DNA from: Cylindrospermopsis raciborskii Cr2010
GTDB lineage: Bacteria > Cyanobacteriota > Cyanobacteriia > Cyanobacteriales > Nostocaceae
Direction: 5' to 3'
Assembly (NCBI RefSeq): GCF_003367075.2
Contig: NZ_CP065936.1
Location: 2,850,001 to 2,882,000 of the forward strand
Length of the DNA: 32,000 nt
The notes beneath the pieces are model-generated. The model saw nothing but the letters and a program-made list of their open reading frames with translations. It did not search any database and was not told where the DNA came from. Below are positions 28,291 through 32,000 of this stretch, piece by piece (the first letter of the stretch is position 1; each line of letters opens with the position of its first letter). The translations under genes were made by a program, and so were the position numbers.

Positions 28291-29760
28291 TTTAACAACT
28301 TTAAGGGTATGACAACTTGCATCCAAACAACCTGTAATCACTCCTCCTAAATCCTGCACCTGCTGTAAATAATCTAGGGCTGATTTTGTAATTCTTTCTC
28401 CTGGCATTAATATTGGTATTCCTGGAGGATATGGACAGATATTTTCTGCACAAATTCTATCCACCGTCTTTTCTAAAGGTAGAATTTCACTTGTGGCAAA
28501 AAAAGCCTCACGGGGAGAAATGACCAACCTATTATCTGGCTGATAATTAAATATTATCTTAGAGATGATGTTGGAGGTGCTCATCTCATATTTTCTACAT
28601 CTGGGTATATCATTGATTTTTTTAAAAACTTTTACCAAGGCATTAATATCTAATTCATTATTTCCTAAACTAATAATAAATGTAACATTCTCAAAAGAAG
28701 AAACCTCCGGTACAATACCCATTTCAATTAGAAAATTTTCTGTGGTAAAACCCGTGATACCTAATTCTTTTACATTCACGGTTAATCGAGTTTTATCCAG
28801 ATCAAAAAAGCCTGGTTGCCTAATTTTTGGCAATTCTAAAACTGATAAACCAGGAATTTCTCGAATTTTATTTCTGGCTATATTTGCTAGTTCTAGGGTT
28901 TGCTGCATCAAATTTTGACCATCTATAGCCATTTGCTGACGTGCTGCATCAAGAGAAGCTAAAAGTATAAAACTCGGACTTGTAGATTGTACTAATTGTA
29001 GAGCTTGATTTAATCTATCAATGTTAATTCTATTTCCCTGAATATGTAACATTGATGTTTGGGTCATGGAGCCCAGGGTTTTATGAGTAGATTGTATGGT
29101 TAAATCCGCACCTGCGGTTAAGGCGGATATGGGTAAATTATCATGAAAGTTAAGATGGGCACCATGAGCTTCATCAACTATTAAAGGAATATTATGTTCA
29201 TGAGTAACTTGACAGATGGCTTTTAAATTGCCACAAACCCCATTGTAGGTTGGGTAAACCACTAATACAGCCTTAGCCTGGGGATGTTGAGCTAAAGCTA
29301 CCTCTAAGTCTTTAGGTGTAATACTACAAGTAATATCCAGATCTTGATCATACTGGGGATTGATAAAAATGGGAATGGCACCAGCTATAATCAATCCAGA
29401 AACCACAGATAAATGTATATTTCTGGGTAAAAGGATATGCTGATTTGGTTCACAAACGGTCATAATTGCTGCTATAATACCACAACTAGAGCCATTGACT
29501 AAAAACCAAGTTCTTTGAGCACCAAAGGCCATGGCGGCTAATTCTTGTGCTGCTAAAATTGCACTTTCAGGTGCGAATAAATTATCTAATTCTGATAGTT
29601 CGGTTAAATCGGCTCTAAATACGTCTTTACCAAGCAAATCGGTTAAAATGGGTGAGACTCCTGCACCCCGTTTATGTCCAGGAGTATAAAAGGGGGTATG
29701 GTTTTTGGATATGGAGGATTTTAAGGCATCAATTAGGGGACTTTGGCTTTGGTTCAACAT
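28288..29760 (-). CDS. PLP-dependent Orn/Lys/Arg decarboxylase family protein (Bacillus SpeA/YaaO-like)
   Basis: 490 aa with FYTPGHKRG near the N-terminus, DEAHGAH, and the PLP-lysine context QSTHKTLGSMTQTS, plus the C-terminal OKR_DC-type domain. Substrate cannot be told from sequence by eye. Confidence 0.85.
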   Translation of the reverse strand: MLNQSQSPLIDALKSSISKNHTPFYTPGHKRGAGVSPILTDLLGKDVFRADLTELSELDNLFAPESAILAAQELAAMAFGAQRTWFLVNGSSCGIIAAIMTVCEPNQHILLPRNIHLSVVSGLIIAGAIPIFINPQYDQDLDITCSITPKDLEVALAQHPQAKAVLVVYPTYNGVCGNLKAICQVTHEHNIPLIVDEAHGAHLNFHDNLPISALTAGADLTIQSTHKTLGSMTQTSMLHIQGNRINIDRLNQALQLVQSTSPSFILLASLDAARQQMAIDGQNLMQQTLELANIARNKIREIPGLSVLELPKIRQPGFFDLDKTRLTVNVKELGITGFTTENFLIEMGIVPEVSSFENVTFIISLGNNELDINALVKVFKKINDIPRCRKYEMSTSNIISKIIFNYQPDNRLVISPREAFFATSEILPLEKTVDRICAENICPYPPGIPILMPGERITKSALDYLQQVQDLGGVITGCLDASCHTLKVVK

Positions 29761-29897
29761 CGAAGATCTCTCTCAAGTTAAAAAATCAACAAATCGTCAA
29801 TCTAATCTGGGAAAATAGTGTTAATTTATATGGAGGTATTCCCGATTTTTCTGCATTTGTTCATGAAATCTGCTACATCTTTGATGATAATATCGCC

Positions 29898-30914
29898 ATG
29901 AATGCGCATCTAGGATCTGCTGTGCTAAATTCTGCAAGTTTAACCATGCACCCAGTCACCACAGGAGTGACTGACAACCAACGTCTGCGATTATTTTCTG
30001 GATCGTCCAATATCCAATTAGCTCAGGAAGTCTCACGCTACTTGGGCCTGGACTTGGGCCCCATGATCCGCAAAAGATTTGCGGATGGTGAGTTGTATAT
30101 TCAAATTCAAGAGTCTATTCGCGGTTGTGATGTTTATTTAATTCAACCAACTTGTAAGCCAGTTAATGACCATTTAATGGAATTACTAATCATAATTGAT
30201 GCCTGCCGTCGTGCTTCTGCTAGACAGATTACGGCAGTGGTTCCTTATTATGGTTACGCCCGTGCGGATCGAAAAACCGCCGGGAGAGAGTCCATTACTG
30301 CTAAATTGGTTGCTAACCTAATTACCCAAGCAGGGGCTAATCGAGTCCTGGCTATGGATCTACATGCGGCACAAATCCAGGGGTACTTTGATATACCCTT
30401 TGATCATGTTTATGGTTCGCCAGTCTTACTGGAGTACCTACAGAATAAAGCACTACAAGATATTGTTGTGGTTTCTCCTGATGTGGGTGGGGTAGCTCGA
30501 GCTAGAGCATTTGCTAAAAAACTCAATGATGCTCCCCTGGCAATAATTGATAAACGTCGTCAGGCTCATAATGTAGCTGAAGTTCTGAATGTGATTGGGG
30601 ATGTGAAGGGCAAAACGGCTGTTTTAGTCGATGATATGATTGATACGGGAGGTACTATTACTCAGGGAGCAAAGTTACTCCGAGAAGAAGGTGCTAGTCA
30701 AGTATATGCTTGTGCCACCCATGCAGTATTTTCACCACCAGCTATTGAACGTCTTTCCAGTGGGTTGTTTGAGGAGGTGATAGTTACTAATACCATTCCT
30801 ATTTCTCCAGCAGATCAATTCCCCCAATTAGTAGTGCTTTCAGTTGCTAATTTGCTTGGGGAGGCCATTTGGCGTATTCATGAGGATACTTCCCTGAGTA
30901 GTTTATTCCGTTAA
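29898..30914 (+). CDS. prs: Ribose-phosphate pyrophosphokinase (PRPP synthetase)
   Basis: LRLFSGSSN, FADGELYIQIQESIRG, DLHAAQIQGYF, VVSPDVGGVARARAF and VLVDDMIDTGGTI. The listed start at 29652 overlaps the divergent decarboxylase gene. The ATG at 29898 gives a typical ~338-aa cyanobacterial Prs. Confidence 0.93.
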   Translation: MNAHLGSAVLNSASLTMHPVTTGVTDNQRLRLFSGSSNIQLAQEVSRYLGLDLGPMIRKRFADGELYIQIQESIRGCDVYLIQPTCKPVNDHLMELLIIIDACRRASARQITAVVPYYGYARADRKTAGRESITAKLVANLITQAGANRVLAMDLHAAQIQGYFDIPFDHVYGSPVLLEYLQNKALQDIVVVSPDVGGVARARAFAKKLNDAPLAIIDKRRQAHNVAEVLNVIGDVKGKTAVLVDDMIDTGGTITQGAKLLREEGASQVYACATHAVFSPPAIERLSSGLFEEVIVTNTIPISPADQFPQLVVLSVANLLGEAIWRIHEDTSLSSLFR

Positions 30915-30999
30915 CTGAGATAGTTGATAGTAGTATTATCTAAAATAGTAAGTTAGTAGCTTGACTTTCCCGTTTCTATAGTAAGGTATAGGTATAACC

Positions 31000-31458
31000 A
31001 TGTCTAAAACTGTTGCCCAGGTGATGACCCATAATCCGATTATGGTTAATCCTCAAACTCCTTTAAAACAGGCAATCCAAATCTTGGCTGAGAAGCAAAT
31101 TAGCGGGTTGCCTGTGGTTGATGATATGGGTAAGTTGGTCGGGATTATCTCAGAAACGGATCTAATGTGGCAAGAAACAGGAATTACTCCTCCTGCATAC
31201 ATTATGTTTTTGGATAGTGTGATTTACTTACAAAACCCTGCTACTTACGAACGGGATTTACACAAAGCTCTGGGACAAACTGTGGGGGAAGTGATGAGTA
31301 ACAATCCGATCACTATTAGTCCTGATCAGTCTTTGAAAACAGCAGCAAAAATTATCCAGGACCAAAAGGTTCGTCGTCTCCCCGTGGTTGATGATGCTGG
31401 TACTGTAATTGGTATTCTGACCCGTGGTGATATTATTCGCACTATGGCATGCGATTGA
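31000..31458 (+). CDS. CBS-domain pair protein
   Basis: 152 aa with two CBS repeats (VMTHNPIMV...ISGLPVVDDMGKLVGIISETD and VMSNNPITI...VRRLPVVDDAGTVIGILTRGD). Confidence 0.85.
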   Translation: MSKTVAQVMTHNPIMVNPQTPLKQAIQILAEKQISGLPVVDDMGKLVGIISETDLMWQETGITPPAYIMFLDSVIYLQNPATYERDLHKALGQTVGEVMSNNPITISPDQSLKTAAKIIQDQKVRRLPVVDDAGTVIGILTRGDIIRTMACD

Positions 31459-31466
31459 TTGTTGTT

Positions 31467-32000
31467 TTAATTGTTTGCTTCCAGCAATCGGGAGGTTTGA
31501 AATCTATCCATCCACTTTTCCAAGTACACTAAATTGGCTATCTGTTCACTGGGATCCCCTGTATCTATGGCATAGGGCATTAATCCTAGAATAGCTGCAG
31601 TTGTCACACAAAACATGGACTTTTGAAAGCTGATACAGATTTGCACCAGCAAGTCATCTTCACCTCTCAAACTGTGACGGTAAATCTGATGGAGGTACTC
31701 GGGTAGATAATGGCGCATGTCATGCATTAATAATGTGGGTGGAACACCTGAACCACCAATAGGTAGAGGATCCGCATATAAAGCACCATATTCAAATTTG
31801 GCCTGGTCTGGGGGAACCTGATATGCTTGAGCGTTTAGGGACACTGTTCCTAAAAAGGGTGTGCCTCGGAAAAATACCGCTTCTACGTAGGGAATGGCTG
31901 TGTCGGCCAAGAATGTTAATCCCATGGACTTAGGAATAATATCATAAACTTGCTCCCGAATTTTTACTTGGTAGGTGATTGGTTTTAGGGCATCTTTGAC
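31467..32000 (-). CDS. Conserved cyanobacterial protein, probably CO2-hydration protein ChpX/CupB family; N-terminal part outside window
   Basis: The frame stays open beyond the listed Met to the window edge (VKDALKPITYQVKIREQVYDIIPKSMGLTFLADTAIPYVE...YGALYADPLPIGGSGVPPTLLMHDMRHYLPEYL). The ChpXY assignment is from memory of that family and is not secure. Confidence 0.45.
   Translation of the reverse strand, partial: VKDALKPITYQVKIREQVYDIIPKSMGLTFLADTAIPYVEAVFFRGTPFLGTVSLNAQAYQVPPDQAKFEYGALYADPLPIGGSGVPPTLLMHDMRHYLPEYLHQIYRHSLRGEDDLLVQICISFQKSMFCVTTAAILGLMPYAIDTGDPSEQIANLVYLEKWMDRFQTSRLLEANN

Overview
This is a 32-kb chromosomal segment that looks like a filamentous, probably heterocyst-forming (Nostocales-type) cyanobacterium. 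The evidence is 13 perfect HIP1 palindromes (GCGATCGC), a cphB-cphA cyanophycin operon, a tandem pair of class-C flavodiiron genes, a HetP-like small ORF and a probable CO2-hydration (ChpX/CupB-like) gene. All product calls rest on motifs I recognise in the translated ORFs; no database search was possible. I support about 27 protein-coding genes, one gene remnant, two copies of a dispersed double-hairpin repeat and two good intrinsic terminators. I see no rRNA, tRNA or CRISPR. Most of the window is housekeeping: flv3/flv1, clpB, gloA, eno, argH, larB, a family-5 binding protein, ispF, trmD, cphBA, cobL, rsmA, ispE, prs. The part most worth a second look is an AT-rich, HIP1-free block at about 24.3-29.8 kb. 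It holds a soluble PAS histidine kinase and a REC-AraC regulator whose receiver has Glu in place of the phospho-accepting Asp and Arg in place of the conserved Lys. It also holds a HetP-like 84-aa ORF tightly linked to a divergent TrpC paralog, this pair bracketed by inverted copies of an ~85-nt double-hairpin repeat, and a PLP-dependent decarboxylase. I know of no described system with this gene combination, but any functional link is inference. Secondary items are a beta-CASP metallo-beta-lactamase nuclease-like protein with a Cys-rich C-terminal extension preceded by an unlisted 40-aa membrane ORF, a decayed Uma2-family remnant, a binding-protein/larB coupling and a 15-bp in-frame duplication at the trmD start.
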